Positions 42,979 to 54,151 of a DNA stretch of 64,000 bases are shown here, in pieces (within the stretch, counting starts at the first letter, position 1; each line of letters starts with the position of its first letter). Origin of the DNA: Savitreella phatthalungensis (taxonomy: Eukaryota); contig AP039701.1 in NCBI GenBank assembly GCA_051599415.1, positions 62,001 to 126,000 on the forward strand, read 5' to 3'. A program made the translations under genes and the position numbers. Below the pieces are notes generated by a model. It was not told where the DNA came from. It saw nothing but the letters and a program-made list of their open reading frames with translations, and did no database searches.

Positions 42979-43407
42979 ATGTCGTACATGCTCCCGCACC
43001 TGCGGACTGGCTGGCACGTTGATCAGGCAATCTTGTCAGAAGATGACCGTGTTGTCATCATCCGCTTTGGCAGAGATCGTGATCAGGAGTGTATGCGTCA
43101 GGACGAGGTGCTCTTCAAGATTGCAGATCGGGTCAAGAATTTTGCCGTCATCTACCTTGTGGATCTCGACCAGGTGCCCGACTTCAACAAGATGTACGAG
43201 CTCTATGACCGGACGACCATCATGTTCTTCTTCCGCAACAAGCACATCATGGTAGACCTCGGTACGGGTAACAACAACAAGATCAATTGGGTGCTTGACG
43301 ACAAACAGGAGCTCATTGATATTATCGAGACCGTATATAAGGGTGCTAGAAAAGGTCGCGGTCTTGTCGTCTCTCCTCGCGACTATTCCACCAGGCTCAA
43401 GTTCTAA
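42979..43407 (+). CDS. DIB1: U5 snRNP thioredoxin-like protein Dib1/Dim1
   Basis: 142 aa, 'MSYMLPHL..GWHVDQAILSE..VPDFNKMYELYD..DLGTGNNNKINW..GRGLVVSPRDYST'. Confidence 0.98.
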   Translation: MSYMLPHLRTGWHVDQAILSEDDRVVIIRFGRDRDQECMRQDEVLFKIADRVKNFAVIYLVDLDQVPDFNKMYELYDRTTIMFFFRNKHIMVDLGTGNNNKINWVLDDKQELIDIIETVYKGARKGRGLVVSPRDYSTRLKF

Positions 43408-43416
43408 GAAACGAAC

Positions 43417-44840
43417 TCACTCGCTGTCGCAGATTCCGCCGGCCTTAATAACGTATACGCATTCTGCCTCTGCCACGTCAGGGCTATCCTGTATCTTCGC
43501 CACACGCTCTTCGCCACGGCCTTTGCGCAGGAGAATCCGAGTAGCACTGGCATGGGCTAAAACATGCCCACCCACTGGTCTAGTCAGCCTTTCTCATCCT
43601 TCGCCCATCATCAGACCTTCTGAGCCATACCAGGCTTGCGATCAGCCCCGGCAAACGCCATCATGGCTCCGGGATCAGCCTGCACTCTGAATCGCAGTCA
43701 GCGCGGAACTCAATTGACATTGCATCTTGAAGAATTGTCACTCACTGATTCGTCATGAAGACGGCAACATTGAATTCCTCTGAAAGCTTGGTCAGACGGG
43801 AGAGCATGATGTTGAGTTTCTGCTGCCGCTCAGATAGTTCGCCTCGCCCGCTATAGTCCACGCGGAAGAGCGCCATGATCGAATCGATAATCAGCAGACG
43901 AAAGGACCCGTCCTCTGCAAAAAGTCCACACACGTTGTCGATCGCTTCTTGCTGCATCTCGCTCGAGCTTATGACTCTGTCAATCACTGGCTTCATCGCA
44001 GGGGAATCATCTAGAGCTTACAAGCACCGATTGTAGACGATGTTTTCCATTGCAGCATCAACATCAACACCAAATCTCTCAGCGATTGCTCTGCACCTCT
44101 ACCTGCAGTCAGCATTGACGATCACCGGGAACACGAAAATTTGCTCACCTCTGGGCGGAAAGTACCTTCTGTGTCGATGTAGGCGACTTTGCCCTCAGCT
44201 CCACCGAAGGCGAACGGCAACTGTGTCGTAATGCACCTGTGTCTCCCGTCAGCTTCCGGACGGATGCTTCGACAGCCCAGCCTGAACTTACAAGGTGTGC
44301 GCAAGCTGCGTCTTTCCACATCGGAACTCCCCAAACACCTCCGTCAGACTCATCGTCATGATCCCACCACCGAGCATCCCATCGAACGCCTTGGAACCAG
44401 TCGAGATCGCTCGCACGCGCTTTCGAAATTGACCTACTTCCAAGGCGCTCTGGAACTGTGCTGTGGGCTACAAAGGTCAGTTCCGCAGAGCCTGTGTGGG
44501 GCGGATGGCACGGTACCAGAACTTTCGACGCAGCGTCTTTGATCTTGTCGACCTGGAATGCATGGTCAGCGAGCGTCCTTGGGGTCGATGGGTGCAGCCC
44601 CTTACTTTAGCTTCGGAGAAGCCCTTGATACGCGCCAGGTGGCGTCGCGTCGTCATTGTCACTGCAGAGACCGTGTGCAGACCTGCCTGACGAAGTTTCG
44701 TGATATCCGCCATCCCAATGCCATGATTCTACATCTTGTCAGAACCAATGTATGCGAAGACGACAATGAATTCTGACCTGGAGTTCCTCGACGTCCGTAA
44801 ACACGGTCTCGATCTCAGAACGGACTTCGTGATCAGCCAT
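43417..44840 (-). CDS. DMC1: Meiotic recombinase Dmc1, 9 exons
   Basis: Exons 44840-44778, 44728-44606, 44552-44517, 44467-44292, 44236-44149, 44098-44022, 43967-43746, 43686-43631 and 43574-43417 splice in frame. Walker A 'GEFRCGKT', '[11 protein letters not shown]', '[18 protein letters not shown]', '[29 protein letters not shown]'. Confidence 0.93.
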
Positions 44841-45092
44841 ACTTCCGGACAGGTCGCAACGGCTATTACTGTGTTGTGACTGTATGTCTTGTGTAGCAGG
44901 TGTTCCTGCGAGTGATGAAGGTGGCGATGTCTTCAAGCACGGGCTCGCCTAAGCTGTGGACGAGATGCACGGACACATCAGCTTGAAATCTGACTTCGAT
45001 GCATAACGGGACAGGACAAGATCAGAAGCAGCAATCCACTTGACAGAGCTACCTTTACCTATATGTCATTTATCGAGGTGGATATGCCATCC

Positions 45093-46160
45093 TCACCACT
45101 CAAATTCACCGTTCGCCTTTGTGAATGCGTAGTCCTTGCCATGTACGGTGACCAAGCCGTCCCTGAGTATGCACTTCCACTTATTCTTGACACGCTGTAC
45201 CTTGTCGTACAGACACAGGATGGTGTATGCTCCTGGGCCTGAGCCAGGTCCGCCTGCTGCACCATTAGCTTCGGCGAGAGCATCGTCGTCATCGCCGAGG
45301 ATGTCGTCGTCGTCAGAGTCATCTAGATCCGAGCCGATATCGGAAGTGTCGAGATCGACGGCACGACGTTGACGAGCTTTGCGGGCTGCTGATGCGTCTT
45401 CGGCTGACGTGGACAATTTACGCTTCGCGGCAGCAGCAGACGCTGCGCTTGCAGCTGATTCGCCTACACCTGGAGGCTGTAGCGCAGGAGGCGAGTCAGA
45501 ACCGTCGACGCCGCTCCCGGGACCATCATCGTCGTCAAGTGCGGACTCAGACTTGATCGGTAGACCTTCGATCGGATCTGCCGAGTTGCCTGCTGGAGCC
45601 ATTGACATTGCTGGCGACGCGACCGGTGGAGTGGCCGCTAGAAGTCCACCATTTGCACGTTGTTGTGCTTCCTGTGCAGCGCGCATTGCCGCAAGTGCTC
45701 CGCCGCCGGCCGATGGTACCGTCATTGGCGGCGCGCCCAGATCATCTTCCGATTTCACACCACGCAATTCTCCATGCTCATCTAGAAGGCCGCCACTGTC
45801 GTCGACACCGAGATCGACCGCACCGAGCGAGTCCTGTTGTACACCGTCGACACCAGCATTCTCTGTACTCACCCATGGAAACTCTGCCGTCTTTGTCTGC
45901 TCAATCCGTGCTCTCCACAGCTACATTACATGCCTTGTCAGCCTCTGCCTAATGCTTCGAGAGGAGTAGAGCAGGCAGTCTTACCGTCCGGAAGTCCTGT
46001 AGTGTAGCTTCATCGATCCCTTCTTCTTGAAAATCGTTTCGTGCCTGTGTGATGACTTCGTCGATAATGGCGCTGTATAATTCGCCCTGTGTATGCGTTA
46101 GCGCTGAGCTAGACCTCGCTGTCGCGTTAGAATCCCGCTTACCACGACAGCGTTGCTCAT
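45093..46160 (-). CDS. TOA1: TFIIA large subunit, 3 exons
   Basis: Exons 46160-46143, 46086-45985 and 45920-45093. Product MSNAVVGELYSAIIDEVI..FQEEGIDEATLQDFRTLW..PW, acidic 'IGSDLDDSDDD' and C-terminal 'ILCLYDKVQRVKNKWKCILRDG..GEFEW'. Confidence 0.95.
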
Positions 46161-47087
46161 CGTGCCCGAAAGAGAGTCTCAAGCGGTTGACCTGCAGCGA
46201 AGCTCGTCGGAGTGATGATCAGAACCTCCTATCTCGAACCTGGGTGACCCTAAGATTGTGAATGCGCACAATGAGGTGTTCAGCGATCAGTTCGCCTTGT
46301 ATCTGCAGTACTGGAACAATGCGATCGATGCCGATCTGGAGCTATGCTGACTTCAGGCCGTCTCTTGCTATGTCTCAAGGTATTGAACGAGCTCTACGAT
46401 GCCACGGCTTGAGAGCTTGCTTGCAGGTGGGCTGTATGTGTAATGTTGTATGCCTGTCTGTGCGGGATTACGATGAAGTGTGGATATTGCGCCTGACTGC
46501 ATATACAGCATGCATAAATTAAAATGTGCGCACGGATGTCATAGATCACATTTTGACGCATGCAGAGGAGCACATCTGCAGCGCTATGAATACGCCTTCT
46601 TACAAGGATCTCTGCATGTTTGCCGAGAGCCTGAAACAGACGACTGTGCTGACCGTTGGACCGCGTGGTCCTTCCGTCTTTCGACGCCTTAGTGCTCTCC
46701 TCACCAATGGGGAGTCATCCAGGTGAATGTAGCATCGATCAGGGATATCGTTCCAGCTTTCATGGGTAGATCAGGTAGGTGAGTGTATTTGGCCTATAGC
46801 TATGTACAACGCGCTTGCTACCTATCTTGTGAGCCAGAGTATCTATGCGGCAGATGGTGTAGTAAACGAGAGATAGAGAGAGTGCGTGCGGGACTAAATC
46901 GACTTTTTGGTGATAACAGCCAGAGAGAGGCTGCAAGAACGGCTAGAGGATAAGAAATACCTTTGAGCGACGTTTCCAGGAGAGGCAAGCAGGTAAGCAG
47001 GGCCATTGGTCGTTGAGCACTTCATCGGACCAAACGCATGCGTTCATGACTGCGACGACTAGACGTCATGGCTGTCGTCCAGATTTA

Positions 47088-47882
47088 TCATGATGGCTGC
47101 TGTTGTTGTGGCTTAGCTTGCAGCGACGGACTAGCAGTGCGGAGTGTGGACAGAACGCTGCTTGCCTGTTTGTTATCGACGGGCTTAAGCAGCGAGCGTA
47201 GCCACTTGTTCTCGAGCTCGAGTTCCCTGATTCGCCCTTCGAGTGATGAGCATTTGTCGGACATTTGCTTCGCGCTCTCCTGAAGAGCTTGCTCTCGCTG
47301 CTTCTTCTTGACGCGGAAACGAGCAGAGGCGGCCGTGTTGCGTCGACGCTTGTCCTCCTCCTCAAACGTGCGCCCAATCTTGCCGCCAGTCGAGGTCGCG
47401 GGCGAGTCGACTGACTCGATCTCCCGCTTGAGCTGGTTGTCTCCCTTGTCGGCGGCCGACATATCGACTGAAGATTCGCGAGGGTGTTGCGTCACAGCCG
47501 GATACATTGGCTGGAATGCGTTCGCAGCAGCTTGCTGTTGCTGGCCAGCGTGCTGGCCAGCGTAAGGATGAGGAACACCATAGAAAGGCTGCAGTGCTGG
47601 CATATTGACAGCAGCAGAGGCATGATCGACATGCGCCTCGCTGCCAGCAATTGAACCAGCGACTGACATATGCTGCGACTGCGGGTGGTGCGCGTGCTGC
47701 GATTGAGGGCCATAGTTGTCGAGTCCATCAAAGAGATTGTTATCTTCTAGGAACTGAGAGTTGGTGAAAAGATCAAGCTCACGCTGAAGGTCTTCGTTGG
47801 AGAACTGCTCCAAGCCAGTCTGATTCACCCCAGCAGAGGCGTTGAGATTGAGCAGGTTCAGGTAGTGTGTGGAGGGCGGCAT
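47088..47882 (-). CDS. bZIP transcription factor, MetR/Cys-3/Zip1-like sulfur regulator
   Basis: Basic region 'EEDKRRRNTAASARFRVKKKQREQAL', zipper 'LEGRIRELELENKWLRSLL' and N-terminal 'ELDLFTNSQF' box. Confidence 0.85.
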   Translation of the reverse strand: MPPSTHYLNLLNLNASAGVNQTGLEQFSNEDLQRELDLFTNSQFLEDNNLFDGLDNYGPQSQHAHHPQSQHMSVAGSIAGSEAHVDHASAAVNMPALQPFYGVPHPYAGQHAGQQQQAAANAFQPMYPAVTQHPRESSVDMSAADKGDNQLKREIESVDSPATSTGGKIGRTFEEEDKRRRNTAASARFRVKKKQREQALQESAKQMSDKCSSLEGRIRELELENKWLRSLLKPVDNKQASSVLSTLRTASPSLQAKPQQQQPS

Positions 47883-50547
47883 GGGAAGATCCTTGGGGGT
47901 TTAATCAGGAGGAGGGGTAGGTCGATGAGGAAGATTGGCGCTTTAGTAGTATAAAGGCAGACCAGAGACAGAGCAGGATTACGCTGTCGCTTTAATACTC
48001 TGTTTGCCGTCTAAAGATTGAACGAAACTGTCTGAAGGATCGCGCCTGGAGATTCAGAGCAGCAAACTTGTTGTTCTTGCGTAAATGACTGAGAGCTGAA
48101 AATCTGGTGACTCAGATGATATCGTTCAAACAGTCACGGGATCGGTTCTGTCGCGCTGTATCCACGTTGGCGTTTCAAGTGTGCAGATGGTGTCAAAAGA
48201 AGTCACGCAACCGTCGCGCTGCAGGTGTGGTCTTCAAATGGTAGGCCTACGCTGGCTCGTATGGCAATGTGTGTTGTCAGTTGGTGGTGAGCGAAGGCGA
48301 TCGTCGACAATATTGGATATGGTATGGACGTGCCTTCAGGATGAAATGGGCGGCTGCCTCTAGTGCCGCCAACGCTTGCACAGTACAGTCGGATAGGTTT
48401 CGCCGCTAGCAGACTCGGTAAGGTCGATGAAATTGTCTGCAGAAGGACGCGCGAGTGGGCGAAAGTGTACGAGCGCACGAGGTGAAAATCACATTGAAAT
48501 GGCCGAAGAGGGGGATATCCTACAGTGTGAGGGCGTGCAGATCGAATAGGGAATTACTCATCCATCTCAGAAGATCGACAGAGCTCAAATTCAGCTTCAG
48601 AGGGAGAGAAAACCAAATAGAATTTCACTTTTCTATGGATACTTGTCGGAGAATAATGGAATAATCTGGTAAACTTTAAAGCGAAGAATTGGTCGCGAAA
48701 GATTCTATTTATTTGAAGGATTCAGTTCTATCGGCGCGGTCGACCTGATTAATCTGATGCTTTTCTCCCACAGTTTCGATCTTCGGGTAATTCACTGCCG
48801 GGCTTGTGCTCGGTTCGTGTTGAGCAAGAGCTCTACAAAGTAGCATCTGATACGGGGTGCTCACCAATTCAATAGTCATTTGCTCATTCCGAGTCAAGTC
48901 TCTTTATACAATCGGCCGGCGGCATGAATTATCAGAGTTCAGGTAATCAGACCTAGCTCAGCTTGGCTTAGTGTGCATTGGGTCAATCGCGGCAGTCATC
49001 ACGTCATGAACGTCCAATGAGCTTCGTAACCATGATGTGGGAGCAGCCGAGACGAGCAGAATGAAATCATGGAGGGAACAATCAATGCACAACTGAAAAT
49101 AATTAATGATCAGTCAGAGAAAGAAGGATCGCTGGAAACGAATAATAATCTGACGGAATGTTCAGGCCGAGGATCGTGGTCACGTGTAAGCACTACTAGT
49201 CCCATTCCATCGCATGATATACCCGATCGAGGGGCATCGATCGTGTATGCACTTGGGATCGTGCCAGGGGAAAATCCCTCAAATGCGCAGGACAACGTGC
49301 CAATTAAGAGACAGGCAACATATGCTGAGAAAACTTCGGGAGCAACGCATGTTCAGAGCGTGCTCGAAGACTCAGACGAATGGAGAATGAGGATATCATC
49401 TGAGAAGGGAGACTGCCCTGACGAGATCTTAGCTAGCCCGTTGAGTCATTTCGGGCTAGAGAAGCACGTCAAGGCATACTCTCTGCTTCACGTTCGATGT
49501 TCTGCCTGACTTCACGTTCATTATCCTGGGAACAACCACGACATTTGCCTGCCTGACTCTGGAGGATCGCGAGGTCCCGCGTGCATTTGCACATCATTGT
49601 GAGGGTCGGGCAACTTTGTGACGGAAACGTCCGTTGTGGTAGAGAATCACTTTTGTGCCAGACTTTCCACACTTCTTGAGCGGCTATAGAACACGGCCTC
49701 GGAGTACTAATCATCACCTGGACATTGTAGAAGAATGCATATCTCTTTCTCGTTCACTTCCAAGCACGGCGTCGATCTTTGCCGGTGTGGCCGGACACGT
49801 GAAAGATCAAGTGCACGACGTAGATCTGCGCGCAATTGTACATATGACGGTAGAGATTCTCATCGCCGAGAGCTGGAAGCGAGATGACTGGCACATTGAT
49901 CCAATCGATCAGCTGAATAATGTGCAAACGATCCATTACTCTCAACGATACAATAGACACTACGGGGAACTAACAGATGGAGACATATCAGATTGACCTC
50001 GTTCCAATTGTATAGTGCATTCTCATTCACCGATCCCCCACGTCTACCTTTTTTATCCCGAACGTATAAATTAAATTACATCTGCGTGCATGATTGACTG
50101 AAGGCACTGTTAATTAGTAAGTATAATACCCCGGGGTCGATGTATGCGTACGTCACTATACGCGAGAAACAGCTTTTTGCAATTGATTCAGCCAATCCCC
50201 GGCTATCATTACAGTCATCCATCCATCAATACGCTGAAGTGCAAACAGCTCCTCTCCCAGATCCTTGCACAGTCAGATCACCCACACACGGTACGACGAT
50301 TGCGTGTGCCAAGCATCGACATCCCATCCTCACGCAACAATCACCCCTTCATCCTTCCAGTCCATTCAACGATCCGCCGATAATCATCCAACGTTACCCA
50401 TTCGAGCGCGCGTGTGACCGCTACTTTACCTGAGACTTGACCGCCCTTTCTCTGACCAGTTCGTGACGCAAGTTGTGTCGCCGACCCTATTCTTGTTCTC
50501 TTAAAAGCATTCGCTCTGCCACTTCACCCTAGTGCAGGAATCTCAGG

Positions 50548-52119
50548 ATGAAGATCGAGCTGCTGGCATTGACTGCTGCAGCCGCTGGCTTCTCAATCTC
50601 TGATCGTGTGTCTTCTTGGAAGACAAAGTCCCATGACAAGCTAGCTCGTCTGAGCCAGGGTATCACCCCGCCGAGCGTTCTCTCTGGCTGTCACGGACAG
50701 CAGGAGCAGCATCTCGGTGTCGATACCCTCGACTTTGAACTGCCGGGTGGTCGTCGGATCTTGGACTTCATCAAGGGCCGACAAGACAATGAGCACGATG
50801 ACGATGACGAACATCCACGTCCCCCACATGGACCTCGTCCACCTCATGACGGGGAACAGGATCATCCGCGTCCTCCGCACGGACCCCGTCCGCCTCGGGA
50901 TGGACCTGGCGGTCGGCACCCTCGTCCTCCTCATGGCCGTCCTCCTCACGACGAGCCACCCCACCGCCGCAATCCTCATGACCAGCATGACAAGACGTTG
51001 TTTGAGGTGATCGAGAGCTCCAAGTACTTCACCAAGCTTTACGATCTCATCAGGGATGACAAGCACATCGTCGACGGCTTGAACACCACGAAGAGCAATT
51101 ACACGTTCTTTGCACCGACGGATTATGCGTTTGAGAAGCTCGAGAAGCACCACCACAGCTTCGACCCGGACTTCATCAAGAAGGCGCTATTATACCATCT
51201 TGTGGAAGGTGTCTACCCTGCAGGTCGCGTACTCAAGGCAAAGACGCTCGAGACCATGTACCATGAAAAGGAGATTGACGGCAACCAGCGCATTGCTATC
51301 GACATCAATCTGCGTGGCGTGACGCTCAATTACGTGTCACGTGTCATCTACGTCGACGTCTTCACGAAGAACGGTGTGCTGCATGCACTCGATGCGCTGC
51401 TCATCCCGCCACCACCGATCTACGACATTGCCGAAATCCTTCCGTCGTTCTTCAGCACGTTCGTCAATGCAGCTTGGAAGACCGGACTCGTGAGTGCCAT
51501 CAACGAGACTCGCAAGTCAACCATCTTTGCGCCTAGCAATCGTGGGTTCGCCAAGCTCGGCCCGGGTATCAATGCCTGGCTATTCAGCAAGCGTGGCGAG
51601 CAAGCTCTGACGAAGTTGTTGAAGTACCACGTCGTTCCGAATGTGCTCTTCTATTCGGACGCAGTTGAGGAGAAGTCTGAAACGTTCCCAGGCGGCAATG
51701 GTCCAGCTACACATTACGAATTTGACACACTACTCGAGGGCAAGAAGATCTCAGTGGACGTCAAGGAATTCTTCCGTTTCAAGTCGTTCATTTTCAACGG
51801 TCGCCCGATTGGTCTCTCAGACATTCCGGCAAAGAATGGCGTTCTGCAGAAGCTGGACGGTGTCATTCTGCCATACAAGAACGACCTGGGCGGCCGCAAG
51901 GTATCTGAACTGTCGATTGATGAATTCGAGGCACTCTTGGATGGCAAGGCAGACGAGAATGAGACGGAACAGTTCACCATCCTATTTGACGACGACCGCG
52001 AAATCACCTTGTCAGCTGACGAGATTGTGCCATTCTTTGAATCTTCCGAGCGCAGGCCGCCAAAGAAGCTCGAGCACAAGTCATGGTATGACCGAGTGAT
52101 TGAGCGTGACTTTCTCTAA
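50548..52119 (+). CDS. Secreted protein with two fasciclin (FAS1) domains
   Basis: Signal peptide; FAS1 motifs 'YTFFAPTDYAF..LLYH..NGVLHALDALL' and 'TIFAPSNRGF..LLKYH..NGVLQKLDGVILP'. Confidence 0.9.
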   Translation: MKIELLALTAAAAGFSISDRVSSWKTKSHDKLARLSQGITPPSVLSGCHGQQEQHLGVDTLDFELPGGRRILDFIKGRQDNEHDDDDEHPRPPHGPRPPHDGEQDHPRPPHGPRPPRDGPGGRHPRPPHGRPPHDEPPHRRNPHDQHDKTLFEVIESSKYFTKLYDLIRDDKHIVDGLNTTKSNYTFFAPTDYAFEKLEKHHHSFDPDFIKKALLYHLVEGVYPAGRVLKAKTLETMYHEKEIDGNQRIAIDINLRGVTLNYVSRVIYVDVFTKNGVLHALDALLIPPPPIYDIAEILPSFFSTFVNAAWKTGLVSAINETRKSTIFAPSNRGFAKLGPGINAWLFSKRGEQALTKLLKYHVVPNVLFYSDAVEEKSETFPGGNGPATHYEFDTLLEGKKISVDVKEFFRFKSFIFNGRPIGLSDIPAKNGVLQKLDGVILPYKNDLGGRKVSELSIDEFEALLDGKADENETEQFTILFDDDREITLSADEIVPFFESSERRPPKKLEHKSWYDRVIERDFL

Positions 52120-53340
52120 AAGTACAAGCTTCCTCAGCCCACGAGCGAGCTCGCGAGAAAGCCCTGCGTCGTGAGATGACCTAGATCCAGACGCGTAGAC
52201 ACATGACCATCCATCTTGACCGTTGCTCCCGTTTTAAGAACTGTCCAGTCTCGAGACGTCAGAGGTGTCGCAAGTGTTTGCCGTGTTCGGGGATTGTATG
52301 GTCCAATGTCAACGTGGCCCAGCCGCAAGTCGATTGGGACATGCATTTATCAAGAGCTGGAGATGACAGACCTCCATTCCCCACAAATTCCACCGATGCA
52401 TGGACAAGGTGACACGGTATAATGGATCAAGTGAAGGCAGTATATACTTTGGAAACAGCGGAACATCCACAGAAACTTCCGAGCGAATCGATATGCACAA
52501 TTTTCTGGAATGAAGTCTCACTCGCTCGCTCGCATGCTCCCTCGCTCGCTCAGGCCGTGTTACCGAGAGTCATGCAGCCTGTCAATCATCCCAATCGTAG
52601 CGACCAGTCATGTAATCTCGGTTGTTGTTGGGAATTGCCGATCGAATCATTTGAGCGAGCGAGCGAGCCACAAGACATGTACAGTCAGACACCGACTTGG
52701 TCGTGAGTGAGACTGAATGAAATTGAGTAAGCGATGTAGTGCATCACATGATATGACAGGGTGTAGGATTGACTTGTACTGTAGATGCTTTGAGTATGAT
52801 CATCTGGGATGAAGCGTTGCAGTCAAGTCAACTCAGGGTATCTATGACAATCAAATGAGTGCTCCATCTGCAGATTAGGTTCTTCGATTCAGGTTGACCC
52901 AAATTGCTTTGTTTACATGGCGCATTCCAATTGTTGACAAATTTCAATTTCCAATTTAATTTCAATCCACATCTACATTTCACATCCACCTCTGCCAGAC
53001 TAAATACTCAGAAGAGTAAATGCATACAATCTAAATGCTGTTGTGAGTACGTACGTAGACTTCGACAGACCACACATCTTTGACTAACTTGTAAGGGTCA
53101 AAAAAGCCTCCCCTGCGCACTCTGGCTTTTTCTCCCTTTCCGAACGCGAGATTTGAGAAGTATCCGATCTACCACAGGTCAAGCATGGTTGCCAAAGTTG
53201 TCAAAAGGGGGATTTCTTCCACACGTTCTCAATCAGTCTATGCTTCCAACATCCGTCAGTTCTACACAGGGGCTTCAGGCTGACATCAAACAGACCTTGA
53301 CCATGCTCAATGCTGCTCAAGTGATCATCAATGTCACTAG

Positions 53341-53415
53341 CTCAGTGCCTCAGTCAGTCCCTCAGTCAGTCAAATACTCAGTCAGTCAATCAGTCAGTTA
53401 GTCAATCACTCAGTC
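53341..53415. repeat. Degenerate (CAGT)n tandem repeat with ~12-bp higher-order units
   Basis: ctcagtgcctcagtcagtccctcagtcagtcaaatactcagtcagtcaatcagtcagttagtcaatcactcagtc. Confidence 0.75.
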
Positions 53416-54151
53416 GGCCAGACAAACTGACTGATACTAGCATTCGCAGAAGATCCCGGACAAGGAGGTCACGTTCACCCTGACTCTCCAAGCCAAAGAA
53501 TGTGACAATCTACAACGCCTACTTCCATACACCTTCATCCTCATCGAACATCATATCTCATCTGCCTTTGACGTCAACGTTGTCCATCACATCACCTCTC
53601 AGCTTTCTCAAATCCCTCATCACTCTCCACATTCGGGAAGTGTTGTAGTGAAACTCCTTTGAAGGCATCTATGCGCGAGGGGCCGTGCTTGTGAATGTGC
53701 ACTTCTCGTCACGCCCGCACTGCACAACTTCGCCATTCTACAATGTAACCTAGAGTCAGTGCGGCAGCTCAATGGGCTACCTTTCCCTGAAAACACATTT
53801 CTCGCGCACTCGACGGCTTGTCCTCGATCGGGCTAACCTCCTGCCTGCAAATCCCAATCCAGCCTCCCCACCAACAAGCCGGCCATCCGACCGACACAAA
53901 GTGAGTTACCAACAAACCGACCGATCTTCCGTGTTTGCTCTCGGGTTGCCATGTATCCACATCCGCAGCCAACCAACTGTACACACAGACAGCACACACA
54001 GACCCGGTCTTAACAAACGTACACGCTCGATGTCTTTATAAGTCAGACCTCGTCTCCTTTTCATCTTCCTTCCCTACGCTTGTCGACACCACATTCTCTT
54101 GCACAAACTTCACCCACATTCTCTAGCAAGAACCTTATTGCCATCATCATC

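Noticed and set aside
44875..44882. TGTGACTG (S. pombe Homol D-like box) upstream of DMC1
   Set aside because: A single 8-mer next to a gene class not associated with this element; compatible with chance.
45379..45969. 196-aa + strand ORF
   Set aside because: Antisense shadow of the low-complexity middle of TOA1.
46200..46730. Protein-like open stretches upstream of TOA1 on the + strand
   Set aside because: Short, interrupted by stops, with no consistent start or splice structure.
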